Source: Iphione sp. A-MEVVRFRX5 (taxonomy: Eukaryota). From it: DNA of 64,000 nucleotides. A program made the translations under genes and the position numbers. The notes under the pieces are model-generated. The model saw only the letters and a program-made list of their open reading frames with translations. It was not told where the DNA came from and made no database searches. Shown here piece by piece: positions 35,331 through 48,924 of this stretch. How positions within the stretch are numbered: the first letter of the stretch is position 1; each line of letters begins with the position of its first letter. The stretch lies in the NCBI GenBank assembly GCA_976226885.1, contig OZ320318.1, forward strand, positions 38,068,001-38,132,000. The letters run 5' to 3'.

Positions 35331-38300
35331 GGAAATCTTGCATAATGATAAAGTGTAGTATTTTTTTTGCACCATCCACCGAATGCTACAATGGCTCCAC
35401 GTGCAAACACTGTCCCTTTGATTATCTCTGTGTTGTCTCTACTGTTAGGAAGTCATGGCCAACTCACCATAACACCTACAATATCAATGATACACCACCC
35501 CCCATCTGGATGATGTTGCCTCTATGATGTCCCTGTGTTGCTTCTATGGTTAGGAAGTTACAGCCAGCTGGCCCGAATACCACCTCCCTTTGTTATCCCT
35601 TACATTCGCCATGTCTGGTTATAAAGGCATTGATTCTATGATAAATGTCTCTACAAATCTGAAATTACAGTCCAGTTATGGATGACGATGTCCTGATGTG
35701 TGGGACAAAATTTTACCAAAATATTTCTGTTCCCTCAAGCCTGGACCAGTTGTGGTCGTCCAATTGATGGGTATCCAGTTGGCAGGGATTGATCATTGCA
35801 TCATCACTAAGCTATTATTAACAGGTTTATCAGGCTTCCAGTAGAGAGAGTGCCTAGCATACTGTATTGTTACATGCACTCTGCAAAGATATAAACTCAT
35901 GTGTTTTGAGAAGAGCTCTTGAATCCACAAGTTAGATGTGCACACTTAGACTGACTGGCTCTCAGTTGATGTTTATGTTGCATGACTTAGCTCCCCTGAA
36001 GGGCGAGTAAGGCACTTCGCCCAATGGGGCAGCACAATAACAGGCTTCAAGGCTTCAGTCGGTGTTGTAGTTCTTGAAAGTCTCTTTGAGGCACAGGCTT
36101 AGGAGGAAGCACAGGCTGCCCGTCACTACGTATATGTACTGTTGAGGAGAGTACTGGGTTAAACTTTTGAATGTGGTAAACAATTCAAGTCAGAGTCCAA
36201 CCCCCCCCCCCCAACCTCATTGAGTCTGGAGATGTAGGTGACCCACTGGTCGTGATTGACAGCTGCCAATCAAGACAGCACTCCAATGTGACAATGATTG
36301 ACAGGCAAGTGAAACAGCCATGTGAGGGTGTGCTCTTGGTGCTTCACGGTTTCTGTCCACATGCAGCCACCCCCCACCCCCAGTCCTGGGATTACAGTGC
36401 TTGGGACATCAGTGTCTTAAGGAGCACCACGCTTGTGGGTACATGGAACAATATGAGACCCAGCAAAGGGGATCGATCCGGCTGAAAACCCAGTGTCCCA
36501 CCTACATGTGTATTGCTGGACACAAGAACCTTGGGTAGCAGGCCACCAAACAAACCTCCACCCCAGGGTAGGCTCCCTACCAGGTTACAGGCTGGTCAAG
36601 CCATCGGCCCAGCCTACACATCCAGCTGATATAATGTGGGTGTAGTGTTATGTGTATGTCATGTGCCTGGTATAAGGGGAAGGGTTTCTAAACTCATGCT
36701 CTCTGTTCTCTGGCTCTCATTTCCACGTCCTTGCTCTGGCCTGATTGGGAACGATGTGACTGGCTCACCCTAAGCTTCCTATATATACCCTAGGGAGGTA
36801 GTGATGCCACCTCCGTTCACTAGGGGGACTATACTGCCCCCCTGTCTAAAAGGAGAAATAATTTGGTAAATGAGGAAGGAGGGACCCACACAGTCTGGTC
36901 CGTATGTTTAAATAAACTCAGTTGGGGAGGAGCTATACTGCTCCCACATTCTACAGTCGTATCTTAGATAGGATTTCCGCCAGTTTAAACGTCAGCAACT
37001 AAGCCGGGATGTAGGAGAGGTTCTACTGTATGTGGAACGTTTTGTGGTAGTGGCGTCTATCACATGATTACATATCATAACAGGAGACAGCATGACTTTC
37101 CAGTGGAGTGTTCAGAATATAGTGATAGAGGGAGTGCTTCCAAACAAATAATATCATTCTTTTGATTATTCATCAATACCACAAGATCAAATGAGAAGGC
37201 GTTATGGCACCATGACTTATTCACATATGTTTTTTTTTTCAAAGTTGTAGATGCCCAATCATCCTATAGTGACCGCTGACGCAAAACAACCCAATTCACA
37301 GCAACCATTATTATCTCATAGTGGTTAACCCAGCATAACTAACATCCATTTCCGACAATGATAATTTGGAAGAGCTCTGGTTAAATTTAATGTGATATAT
37401 CCGGCATATGTAGAAATGAATGCACTCATTCAGTGTATGGAATTATTGGTCGACTTCTCCACACTCTATATCCCAGTTTTATTGCTTTGCCAATGAGACC
37501 TAATGGGGACATAAAAGTTATAAAAGGAGGTCTTTTAAATAACTGACAAAATGTATATGACCTACAGAATGATTTGCAACTACTGTATTATGAAAATACA
37601 TTTTCGCTGTCTCTTAATGTAAAAAAAACTTTGATATACAGTTAAGTTGAGTCATTTATTCAGGCTTCACAATTTGCTGTTCCTCTGTAAACAGTCTTAG
37701 GTCATCTGGTTACTAATGAAGGCTGTTAAAAGGAGGGATCATTCTCTAGTGTCAATGAGAAGCTATCTGTAAAATGTTTCCAAGTGGCCAGAGGCACAGT
37801 CCTTTTAGCACATATAATTATATATAATATGTATCTGCTTTCATTTTAACGAGTATGTCACTCGTAAATCACGAAATGCTATATAAAAATACCACGGACT
37901 CAAGATTTTTTATTAGGAACGGATGGGTAGTTCATGCATTGAGACATTTCCTTTACGGATCTGTCATTAGTGTAATTATTTTGAGAACAAAAAGTCTGTG
38001 GTCAGCTACATGTTTTGCCAAGTAGTTTCTTTACTTTTGAGCCAAGGAATCACCCGATGCTGATTTAAGAAAGACGTTCCCGACGTTTGATAAAATATAG
38101 ACAAACACCCAAGTCAATCAATTGATCACACACATTGGGGGACACGGGAGACATTCATTTACAAGTACGTGGACACAGTTACATGTACATAGTTACAGAA
38201 AATTCCCATAGGTCCATTCCCATTAATAAAGTCTACAAAAAGCACCACAATTCTTCTTTACGTACAACGAGTTATGTGATCATTTGTTTATCCTTATGTT

Positions 38301-39520
38301 AGACATTTTCAAATTAATCTCTACATTTTATGGGCCCACACACATAGTGGTCTATTACCTAATTCCGTTCTAGGAACAAGTGAAACCGGACAAAATCGCT
38401 TGCGGAAGTCGCCCTTTCATGGCTAGCAGGTAATTAGCTTTTTCCTGTAAATCATCCTTTGAAGTTATTTAGACAACTTTCTTACATTTACTCTTACTTT
38501 TATCTCAATCATTTCATACCATCCCTTGACAACTGCCGGAGGAAGACCCGTAACAGGGTCGAAATTTTGCAACCAAGTTGTAAACGGTTATACTCATTAA
38601 AGCCATCTTGTTGGAATCCGATTTCAGTCACTATTCAACTTAGTCATCCCCTGACATGTACTGTATAGAACAGTTTTAGTTTTGAAGCAAACACTCATTT
38701 TGCTTTCATAAATTCTCTTCCAGGATCTTGATATACAATTAGCTTCAACTCATAGAACAGAGCTTTTTTGTCACAGAAAGATCATTAGTAGAGATTTAGC
38801 CAAGATAAACAGGGATTATTGCACTTCATTTTTATATTTAAAAAGTTACATAAAAGTACAGATAGTCCGATAGCTAATGGACCTCGTATGAGAGGTTGTG
38901 AGACTTGGTAACAAAATCTATAAAGCATATTTATTTAATATTCTCTCATTATAATGAAATATTAGAGGGCATACATTTGCCGCCCGGCTTTACACTTTCA
39001 GAAATAGGATCTGCAAACATTTTAAACGCATTTGCAGCACATGGATACTTTTTTTTTATTCATATCGTCAACGCGCAAATACCAATACTTAACAAGCACA
39101 CATGGATGTTTAGCTTTGCTCGGCAAAATATCTTGCATACTTACATATATAAACTTACCTGTACCGCCCTGTAAGTATGTTGCTCACCTTTCATGCACAG
39201 TGGATAACATTGTTATGTGCGTTATGTAATTGGTTTTTCATTTGTTTTTCTGTTATTGGCATCGAACTCGCCCTAGGGGATCAATCTCGAAAGGTAAATG
39301 GCTTTCATCGTGGCTTGTTGAGAGCTCTCCTGGTCTTGGAAGTAAATGTGGCCTTTTGTTTTAAAGTATTTCAACATGTTTTTACACATGTACATTTTAC
39401 TGGAGTACGCATTGGTATGTCTCACAAAGATAAGTACCCTTCTGGACCTTTTAATCGTACTTTTCGAAGGATTCTTTAGTGTGTGCTTTGTGACAGAAAA
39501 ATAGTGTGTTGTATATTTCA

Positions 39521-39672
39521 GAGTCCTTAAAGTGCTGAATTTGATGAGTAAAAGTCCTAAAAGCACTCAATTTAATGAGTGAAAGTCCTAAAAGTGCTAG
39601 ATTTGACGAGTAATAGTCCTAAAAGTGCTGAATTTGACGAGTAAGAGGCCTAAAAGTGCTTACAAACACCAG
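39521..39672. repeat. 31-bp tandem array (about 4.5 copies), probably the subterminal region of a non-autonomous DNA transposon
   Basis: gtcctaaaagtgctgaatttgacgagtaa-type unit at 39523, 39554, 39585, 39616 and 39647. Confidence 0.85.
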
Positions 39673-40149
39673 TCACAGAGGCTTGAAATCCACCTTATAT
39701 CACTGCAACAACACGTTGTATATGGTATGCTTGTCTATACAGTCCCAAATTCGCAGACAACACATCATCTCCTTTGAGCTTGGGACATTTTAATGGGTCA
39801 TACTAACACCTGTGCCAGTCTAAATTTGCCAATTCGCGATCTAAACCCATAAATTTTTGTTACACTAACACCTTTGACAGTCTAAACCCACTTATTAGCA
39901 GTCTAAACCCACCATTTCTCGGTCTAAACCAGCTAGTTCTGCAGAGGGGTGTTCCATACATGCGTGTATTTGTGTGTGTGAATGAACAGAAAAATGATAG
40001 AAAAACAAAAAAAATGCTAAAAAACGGCAAATTACGGAGGATACTCAAAATCCAAATGATAGCCATTTCTGCCGAAATTGTTTGGATTTCGGAACATTCA
40101 TAATTCGAATAGTGGCCCGAGGCCACTGTCATTTTTAGTCTGATGATAA

Positions 40150-40325
40150 ATACAGCTAAATTCCTCTGAAAATCGGTGAAACTCAGTCAAATGCGTCCAA
40201 AAATCGGCGAAACTCAGCCAAATTCCTCCGAAAATCAGCAAAACTCAGGCAAATTCATCCAAAATTCAGCAAAAATTAGCCAAATTCCTCTGAATATCAG
40301 CAAAGCTCAGGCATATTCATCAAAT
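40150..40325. repeat. 31-bp A-tract tandem array (about 5.5 copies, alternating dimer)
   Basis: aaattc-type unit starts at 40158, 40189, 40220, 40251, 40282 and 40313. Confidence 0.85.
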
Positions 40326-40354
40326 AATAGGGCCAGACTCAAGCCAACAGGTCG

Positions 40355-40585
40355 CCGAGGTGTGAGTAGACCTCCCCTTTGATTTTTAACGAACTTGGGA
40401 GAGAGCCACCAGGGCTCTCCGATAGCTCGCCGAGGTGCAAGCTCATCTAACGGTAGTGTCTCTCTTTGATGTATACAAACTTGGGGTAGAGCAACCTGGG
40501 CTCGCCAAGGTGTGAGCTCATCAAACGGTAGCCTTTTTCTTTGATTTATATGAACTTGGGGGAGAGTGACCAGGGCTTGCCGTCA
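40355..40585. repeat. Degenerate 75-86-bp repeat (3 copies) upstream of the decayed pogo
   Basis: ctttgat...aacttggg...ag..acc.ggg blocks near 40391, 40477 and 40552. Confidence 0.6.
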
Positions 40586-41042
40586 GCTTGTGGAGGTTTA
40601 TCATTCATTTTTTTAATATAATTTCAAATAACAGCATTCAGATTTGGAAAGTGAATATTTTGGTTATATAGGTGTCTACATAGAGAAAAATGTTTGGTTC
40701 CTAGAAATATCTTTCAGATTCGGGGAAAATCGATTTTCAAATGTTTGGTTTCGGAGGAACCTCTGTACATGGAAACTGTGCTGAAAAATGGCAAATTACA
40801 TGGAAACTATGCCGAAAAACAACAAAAATAACCAGAAAATATCCAGGAAAAGACTGACATGTGCAGACATGGATGGACATTGGCAGAATTGACATGAAAA
40901 AGTGAGTAAAAAAGAATAAATACAAAGAAATAGAAATGCATTGTTGTGTGTTACTGTGCATTTGCAGCAAATTTACAGTTACGGTCCAAAAATGGGCAAC
41001 ACACGTCAACGCACATGCATATCACCACAGGTATGGAACACC

Positions 41043-42860
41043 TCAACACTCAATTTAACATTGGCAAGGCCAAAAGTCCACAACATCTTGAAGAGAAAGG
41101 CATCCATCATAGAGGAATATGCTTGATCCTTCAACCCACAAGCCAAGCAAAGACATCTATCCCCAGTTCTCACCACCATTGATGAGACACTCTTCAGTTG
41201 GTTCCAGAAGGCTAGTATGTATGTCCCTGTTTCTAGGCCAATGATCAGGGAGAAAGCCCTGATAATCAGCAAGGAGCTGGGGATAGAGAACTTCTCTTGC
41301 TCTAAAGGATGACTGCCAAGGTTCAAGAAGAGTTATTGCATCTCTGGTATCAAGGTGTCTAGAGAAAGGGCCAGTGTCCCTGAGGAGGCAGTGGAGCAGT
41401 GGCAGGAGCGACTGCCCACCCTCTTTGAGGGATACAAGAAAGAAGACATCTACAACATAGATGAAACGGGTATCTTCTTCATGGTCCTGCCAGACAAGAC
41501 CTTGGCTGTCAAGGGCAGTGACACAGCTGGGGTCAAGAGGAGTAAGGAGACTCTTGCCCTCTGTGTCTCCATGGCAGGACACTTCAGAAAGCCCCCAGTC
41601 ATTGGGAAAGCAGCAAGACCCACAGCCTTCAGGAAGCTAGATCTAAATGATCTCCCTCTCACATGGAGATCCAACAAGAAGGCTTGGATGATCACTTCCA
41701 TCTTTGAGGAGTGACTCCAGGCCTTCATCAAGAAGATGAAGGCCCAGAGCAGGAAGGTGGTATTGATCCTGGACAATGCCCCTTCACACCCCCATCACCT
41801 CAAGGTGTCCAGTGTGGAGTTGGTCTTCCTCCCTGCTAACACCACTTCCATGCTGCAGCCCCTTGACCAGGGGATCATCAGATGTAAGAAGAGTTAGTAC
41901 CACAAGTCCCTCCTGAGGCATGTGCTAGCCAAGTTGGGGACTGGAGCAGATCCCCAGGACATCATTAAGAGTATGGATGTCCACATGGTCATCACTTGGA
42001 TCAAGGCAGCTGTGAAGGCTGTTCAACCCAGGACAGTCTTCAAGTGTTTCAAGAAGGCTGGAGTATCCCCTGATCCAGGTGATGCTGATCTCAGCCTTTA
42101 ACAGCCTGAGGAGGAAGATGTTGAGGATCTCACCGTGGCAGAGCTCCTCAGCAGGGCACATGAAGGACTTCACTTCCCAGGGACAGCTCTGACCAGGGAG
42201 GAGTATGCGGAGATGACAGACTGCCCTTCTCATGACCCCAAGGACATGGGATGGGAACAACATCTCATTGAAGAGGCACAGGAGAAAGCTGGGATCCAAG
42301 TTCAGGATGAAGACTCCAGGGATGGTGATGATGATGAAGATGAGGATCCCATTCCAGAAATCCAGCACAAACATCATGAGATTCTCTACATGCTGGATCA
42401 TATTAGGGTGTACTGTTTATCCAAGGGCGTTGCCCCTGCCTTGGATCCTGTGATGGACATTATTAGCATTATTGGAAAGGGTCATGCTCAAAGGACAACA
42501 GTGCATACAACAATCCCCCACTTCTTCCAGAAGAACTGAATGATGGACAGTGGTCTGTAAATTTTACATTGAGTACATATGTACATAAGATTTATTTATT
42601 CTACAATGTATTTATCCATATTTAACTGATTTTGATACATTTGTACATGTACATCGTTTAATAAATCTTATTTCAGTAAATGTCTGTAAAAATGTTATTC
42701 TTGACTTCAATTTAGTCACTTAATTTTTTCAATTACCTAAGCAATTGTCTTGGGAATAATCATAAACTTTGAAGAGAGAGAGGGAGAAAGGGATTTCATT
42801 TTCTGGTTTGACTCCCTAATCAATGCCTTAGGCGACCATTCGCCTCAGGCAACCACTTGT
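41043..42860 (+). pseudogene. Decayed copy of the same pogo/Tigger family (N-terminus and TIRs lost)
   Basis: Colinear with 8162-9754 from QFNIGK to the stop at 42537-42539, roughly 80-90% identical by eye. It has five in-frame stops (two are TGG>TGA) and a frameshift near 41075. DETG/DNAPSH/QPLDQGII are retained. The 3' region ends in cttaggcgacca-tcgcc, matching the subterminal motif of the intact copy. Confidence 0.93.
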
Positions 42861-45601
42861 CCAAAACACACCATTCTTTTTTTTACATTTACTCACTTGT
42901 CTTCACGTTGGCTAACTTCTGTTCACCCGTTTTGCTGTTTCCGAAAACGACATGATTTTCATCATTTTTCAGCAAAAATCACATAAATTTTGCCATTTTC
43001 AGTGGAAACTACATGATTTCCGCTGTTCTTGTGTTTTCCAGCCTAGATAGCCTTAATATCTGTCTGCATTCAGTTAAATTCCCTTGCTTTTTCGCTCTTT
43101 TCTGTCAGTTTTACTGTTTTCACGCCTATTTTTCCATGGTGCAGATGATATGAGCCGCAGTGAAAACTGCCGAAAATATGGCAGACCGCACAAGAATACC
43201 TAGCAATTGAAACACACTGTGAAAACACACCTTTAAGGTGGCTTAAGGCCAGGCTTCCATGCACGCGTGTAGGCATGGAGCATATTTTTACGTGCGTGAA
43301 AGATAATTCTCTAAACCACTTTACAAACACTAAACACCGTGACAGTATTTCCATGTGCATGGTGCTTTTCGGGCATGAAAACATGCAAAAATGACAGAAA
43401 CAGGCTAACAACCAGGCAAATTTGCCTGAAACAAGGCAAATAAGTCAAATTTGGCTGAAAATGGTTGCAAACTGTGGAATTCAAGCAAAATCAGCCGGAA
43501 AATAGCTCACTAAATGTGTGGTAGTATGCGGAACTGTGTGGTAATGTGCAGAAATGTGTTTCATTTAGCAAAAAAAACACACCTGACATGCTTCTTTTGA
43601 TTCCACTTTCTCTATACTACCGTGGAAAAAGACATCCATGCTTCTTTGGAAAATAGAACCTGTCCCATTTTGGAAACATGGCCGACGCCTCCATGCTTCT
43701 TGGTAACATGGTGGACATGCACATTGAATCACTCCTTTTTTTTAACATTATCCCCCCAAAACATGTTGAAAACATGCCTACATGCATGGCGGCGACACAT
43801 GCACATGGAAACATGGCCTAAAGCATACAGTTTTGAACTTCACGTCATGTTTATGAGTTCATCTGCAGCATGATACTTCCTGCAAAAGATTACCCACCGT
43901 CCCAAGTGCAAAATGTAATGGCCAGTAACTGTTGACTTTAAATTTTGCTCGTATATCTCACTTTTTTTTTTTAAAAAGGGAACTTAAATTAATTACCAGA
44001 TGTTACTGGCAGGCGGTAGGATCCATGAGAACGGCTGCTTACAAAATATTCGCGGTCGTGAAAAATTTGTCGCCACTGGTATGAGTAAAAAAAGCATAAG
44101 CAAAGGAGGCTGACCAAAATATGTGTATCTCCCAGTGTTATATTTCTTGTCATTTTTATCTTTCTTAACAAATTATGAGCTAATGGACATTCAGCTTACT
44201 GCACGTTTCTTATCTTACTTCAGGGGATTAACTAAAATTAATTTTTAGTCTTGAAATTAATTTAACCTCAGACTTGGCCGGTAGCATTGCCGAGATCATC
44301 TGTGTTAGATATGTCCCTCAGTTCTAAAGCGCCCGGACAACTAGTTGGCAATTCTGGCTTTTGACAAGAGGTTTTCCTTGGAGTTTGTCGTCGGAACCTA
44401 CATTTCCGTCTAGCTTGGCTATAAGGAGCTTGGTAGAGGTTTTTGATGAGGTTTTCAACCCGTCCCAGCCTACCTGGAAAAAATATAAACCACGGAGTTC
44501 GATGAAGCGCTGCCCCAGTAGATCGGCATAACGATTCCATCAAAACTAAAACGTACCGTGGGTCAAGATGTATATATTGAACCCATAGGAAAAATAGAGT
44601 CAGACTTACTTGGCACTTGACTTTTCCGAGATAATTTCATAGAATGAGAAGAACCAGAATCCATTGAAGATGATTGATAATGAAGTTGGAAGCAATGGAC
44701 CAAACACATAAAAGATGTTCAGTCAATGGCTAAATAACTGGGGCAGGACATCGAGGACAGATTGAGGTGGCAGATAAAAGCGAAAAAAGACCGCAATGTG
44801 TAAAACGAAAATGAGTAGCAATTTTTTGGGGGAAATTTTATTTAACCTGGCTAATGTTGCCAGGGCATCAAACAAGATACATTAAATACTTTTCTTGACA
44901 ACTAGATATCGTTCATGATTTTTGGTATCCATCTAACCTTATCTTGACTAGTACAAGTCTACCCTGACGTAAGGTTGAGACTTGAGATCCATGTACTCGG
45001 TCGTGTGTGTCATAAAAACTGCCCAGTTGGACTCCCTCCGAGATAAATCAGTAATATAGATTGCCCCGAGTGTGAGGGGTGAATGAAAAGGTTGTCTGTT
45101 GGATCGTAGCGCACTGCACATGTCACACAGGGTCATATGGGGTCACATTATGGAGGTGAAAAAATGGCAAGTCTGTTAGATGTGGTCTGCACAGAGAATG
45201 ATAGCACGACATATCTGGGAACACGCTGCTCTTGAATTAGATCCTGAACCGTAAGGTCAAAGGGACAAAGGCGAAGAGCTACTAGTATTGTTCTAGATTC
45301 CTTGAACATGATTCATTTACGTTTCCCAACGTACTTTTAACATTTGATAGAAAGGTGCCATTTTTTCAGTTGTACAGTTTGGTCAAGGCATCATCAAGTT
45401 TTAAGACATCTCAACAGAGTCGCCTTTCTGTACAGATTTGTGGCCCGAAGGCAAATGATTAATGAAGAAATCATAAGTAGAAACATTTAAATTAATGCTT
45501 TAATGATGTGCATCTCATCACGAAGTTTCCTTCAACCAAGCAATGTACCTTACGGAGTGAGTCTACCCGACATAGCGGCCATGAGATACCTGCGTACTCA
45601 C

Positions 45602-47124
45602 GCCCGACAACTCCTTCCCCCCTCCCCCTCCCCCTTTCCCTGGTGGTTGTACTCAAAGTCGTCCATGTCCTTGGGGGTGATTGGTATGTGTAACTTGAGG
45701 GGGTGATGGTGGATCCTTGGGCTCGGATCGGTCGTACTTATTAAACGTAAACTCCGTGCACTCCACCGCCAACCCTGCATCTGGCTGTATATCAGGATTG
45801 ACTCTTAGGTTTTTTTTTCGTTTCTTTGTCCTCCCCTTGTCACTTGAATGAGTCGTACTACATATAGAGTCACTCAGTTTTAGGTCACGGCCAAGACTTT
45901 CCAATACATCAAATGGGTTTTCTCTGTCGGGCGGACGTTATGGAACGTCGTTATGTAGAACGTGTGGTGGTGTTGAGTAATAGAATCAAGGCGGGGCGAG
46001 CGGCTGCGAGCTGCAGGCGTGAAACCCTCTCCTTACAACCTTGAAGCCTATGTGATGAATCAAGGCTTTTATACTTTACCTGTTGGCCTTGAAGAAACTG
46101 ATGCTTGGGGGGGGGCTGCTTATTAGGCAAAAAAAAGTTACAGTCTTGAAAATTAACAAGGAAATAATTGTTGGGTGGTGTGAAATACTGAATGGTCTAT
46201 TCGGCAGGGGTGCAGCTTACAGTTAAAAAAAAAAATCTCCGAAGAAGCATGCCACGTTGGCGATCCACCGCCCACCATCACCGTCCTCATCTGTGTTATC
46301 TGCGGACAGCGTATTAGTGTAGAGCGATAATGATCATTCACCCAGTTATCGTGGGGGGGTCCGTGTTTATCCTCGATAGCAACCGAGTTCCTGCCGGGAT
46401 AAAAAAAAAAGTTCAAAGGTAGACGCGTCCGTGTCCGTTTCTTTGTGCGGCTTTGTTGTGAGTCCGAATACACGTAGACGGCGGGTCGTCGTTATAGGCG
46501 GTGACGTACGCGCCCTGCTTGTAGAGATCAGTCTCAGCAGATGCCCTGAGTGACCCCTGCCCGAGATGCGTGTACGGGCAACCAGCACAAGCGCTGCACA
46601 GAATGGCCTCCCGCACATGCTAGGTAGGACACCGATTTTTACCTGTAGAAGTGCGTTTTTTGCATTAGCTGCCCACCCGAAGGACAGGAGCCCAATCCAT
46701 GACGTAGACCGAAATCCTGCAGAACCAAACATCCGCATTACATGACCAACTCTCTCGGGACACCAACCCAAGGACCAGCATGTGGATGACCAGTCTCAAG
46801 CTTGGGCTTAAGGATATTTACATGTATTGTCCAAGCTTCCTGTCATTAGATGTAGAAACGTTGAGCTTCAAACGTGTGATCAGGTCCTTATACGTCCTGT
46901 CGGGTGGTCCGGCGGGTGTACCGTGTGGAGGTACCGTGGGCCGGCGGGTCCTTCCTTCCATAGCAGTGCATAATGTCCATGTATATACATGTAGTGATCT
47001 GTCGTGGGACAAACAGTCCCCGTGCTGTGCCGTCCTGGTATTATTACTTAACATTCACTCTGTATATCTATAGTAACCTCTCGGGTCGGGTTACCGGATA
47101 CACTCACCTGCACGGCTGGCCAGT
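45602..47124 (-). other. Candidate spliced transcript on the minus strand (exons 47124-47108, 46716-46643, 45784-45602); lncRNA or unknown CDS
   Basis: Splice signals only: ctaat...tacag|17 nt|CAG/GTGAGT; tttggttctgcag|74 nt|CAG/GTAAAA; tacag|183 nt|GC/GTGAGT. One frame is open across all three exons, but it has no recognisable homology. Confidence 0.25.
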
Positions 47125-48027
47125 CTGTACATATTGAAACAATTAGCATTTTTTAAAAATCAGTGTCTCTTAAGCGTTTTCGGATGATGTCATGTCTAAA
47201 CGTGTACGTGCTCTGGACCATTTTAAAAATCTAATTAAGATTGAAGTACATGTGGACAGAAATGCTAGAAAAATAACTGAATGTTTAATAATTCATTTAT
47301 CTGTATACAAAAAGTTGTGTGTGAATGGGGGTTCCATTAATACGCATGTGTACATGCATGTCCTCTGAGCAAATACTCTTTTGCAGCCAAGTCGGCTATC
47401 ACTGTGGGCTTCTATGTAAAATGTTCAGTTCCATCACGATTGAGGCAAGCAGTAGCGGTATTTTGATACAGCAGATTGTAAAACTGATCAATCCCTGTGA
47501 ACAAGCGTTATCATGCGGGACTTAAAAATGAATGGACCTATCTATTCACATTAGATGGCATTCGCGAATATGACCTAGTTAGTAGTGCCCTCGACATTCC
47601 AGTGACCGACTCTACTCACTCCTACCTTAAAAGTACCAACTTTGTACTTTGTAGTTCTGTCAATTCTTCACAGAAATTTCTCCACCTCCGAATAATCCTT
47701 AATGTGTCATCTATACATCTGCTACCCGCTATAGTATTTTTTGACAATGGTCTGAGAAAGCTTACTCTCTTTCTTCAAGTCTGTCAGCTGTCACATTCAC
47801 ATTGATTGTTGAGGGAGGCCTTTTGCACCCAATGTGCTGATTGGCAGTCACTATAGCAACAGACCACACCCTTTCTGGAATGTTAGATCCTGCTGTTGTA
47901 TGGGGCCGAATTGATGGGTCTATTTTTAAGTAGGCCGTATTTTTTACAGTCATATGCATATTACGAAATGATATTAGGAGACAATGTTTGCTCAATATTA
48001 CCATTAAAACATGATGAACATTGAATA

Positions 48028-48185
48028 CAGTGGCAAGCCACCTTAGGGACATGTGTCCTATAGGGTTTTTTTCTGAAGAACAGCTCCTATTTGTTGTATG
48101 TTGAAAGAAGTCTCTAATAGGGACACATCTCAAATAGGGACACTTTGAGATAGAAGCAAGTGTGTCCTGATTAGAGGCTTTCTTG
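48028..48185. mobile_element. Tc1/pogo-type MITE
   Basis: TA-flanked. Starts CAGTGGCAAGCCACCTTAGGGACA and ends GTGTCCTGATTAGAGGCTTTCTTG, with internal atagggacac repeats. Homologous to 54994-55166. Confidence 0.65.
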
Positions 48186-48560
48186 TATGTGCCACTTGTG
48201 AAGAGTGTACCTGTTGTGAATTTTTGCTGCCTACAAAAATGTTTGTGTATACGGCCGTTTTAGGTGGATCATAGAATGTGGTAAGATTTTGTTAATTTGT
48301 ACCATATGAGAATAAGTACATGTATCTGAATATCGGTGACATCATGTTTGTCTTGCGAATGGCATCGGGAAACGCATGTGAATTTTTCACTTGTCTGTTA
48401 CATAGTTAAGTTCCACTTTTTCGCAGTACACGGCCAGTGATACTTGACGACCACGAAGACTTCAGCCAGAACATTAGATCTGATCGGTGGGTTTATATGT
48501 CGGTATCGATTTACGTAGCATCTAGGCTACATGGTCGTTCGCTGATAGAATGTGGCGAGG

Positions 48561-48924
48561 TATAAAAATAGACGCGATGACGTCATGAAGGATTCTCCGC
48601 GTGGTTCACCCGCCGCCCACCCCCCTAGAGCGTGCGCGCAAGTCACGTGAGTGTGAGTCAAAAGCCTGTCACAGCAACGCGCGGTACTGTGCAGTGACAC
48701 GGCCAACCTGGATCGAGGAGAGGAGGGGAGGGAGCGTTCGCAGTGCACGTTACCTGTGCCAGCTCTACGGCCATGATCGGCGGTCAGTGCCTCTCCTCAG
48801 AGGCTGAGTGCTAACAGACAGAGAGAGAGAGGGCTATTTACGACAGTGGAAATCGCATAGACGACCGCACGCGGCTGACGACTGTCGCCGAAGAAGCTTA
48901 CACTGGGTGTGCTTTTGAGTAAGT
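48561..48924 (+). promoter_or_regulatory. Promoter with CRE, E-box and AP-1 sites plus a candidate non-coding first exon (about 48786-48918)
   Basis: TATAAAAATAG 48561, ATGACGTCAT 48577, CCGCCCAC 48613, GTCACGTGA 48642, TGAGTCA 48654, Inr-like TCAGT 48784 and donor GA|GTAAGT at 48919, all within a CpG-rich patch. Confidence 0.55.

Noticed and set aside
36380-36470. ISVLRSTTLVGTWNNMR as the C-terminus of an R4/Dong-type non-LTR ORF
   Set aside because: The resemblance is short, with no upstream RT or endonuclease motifs.
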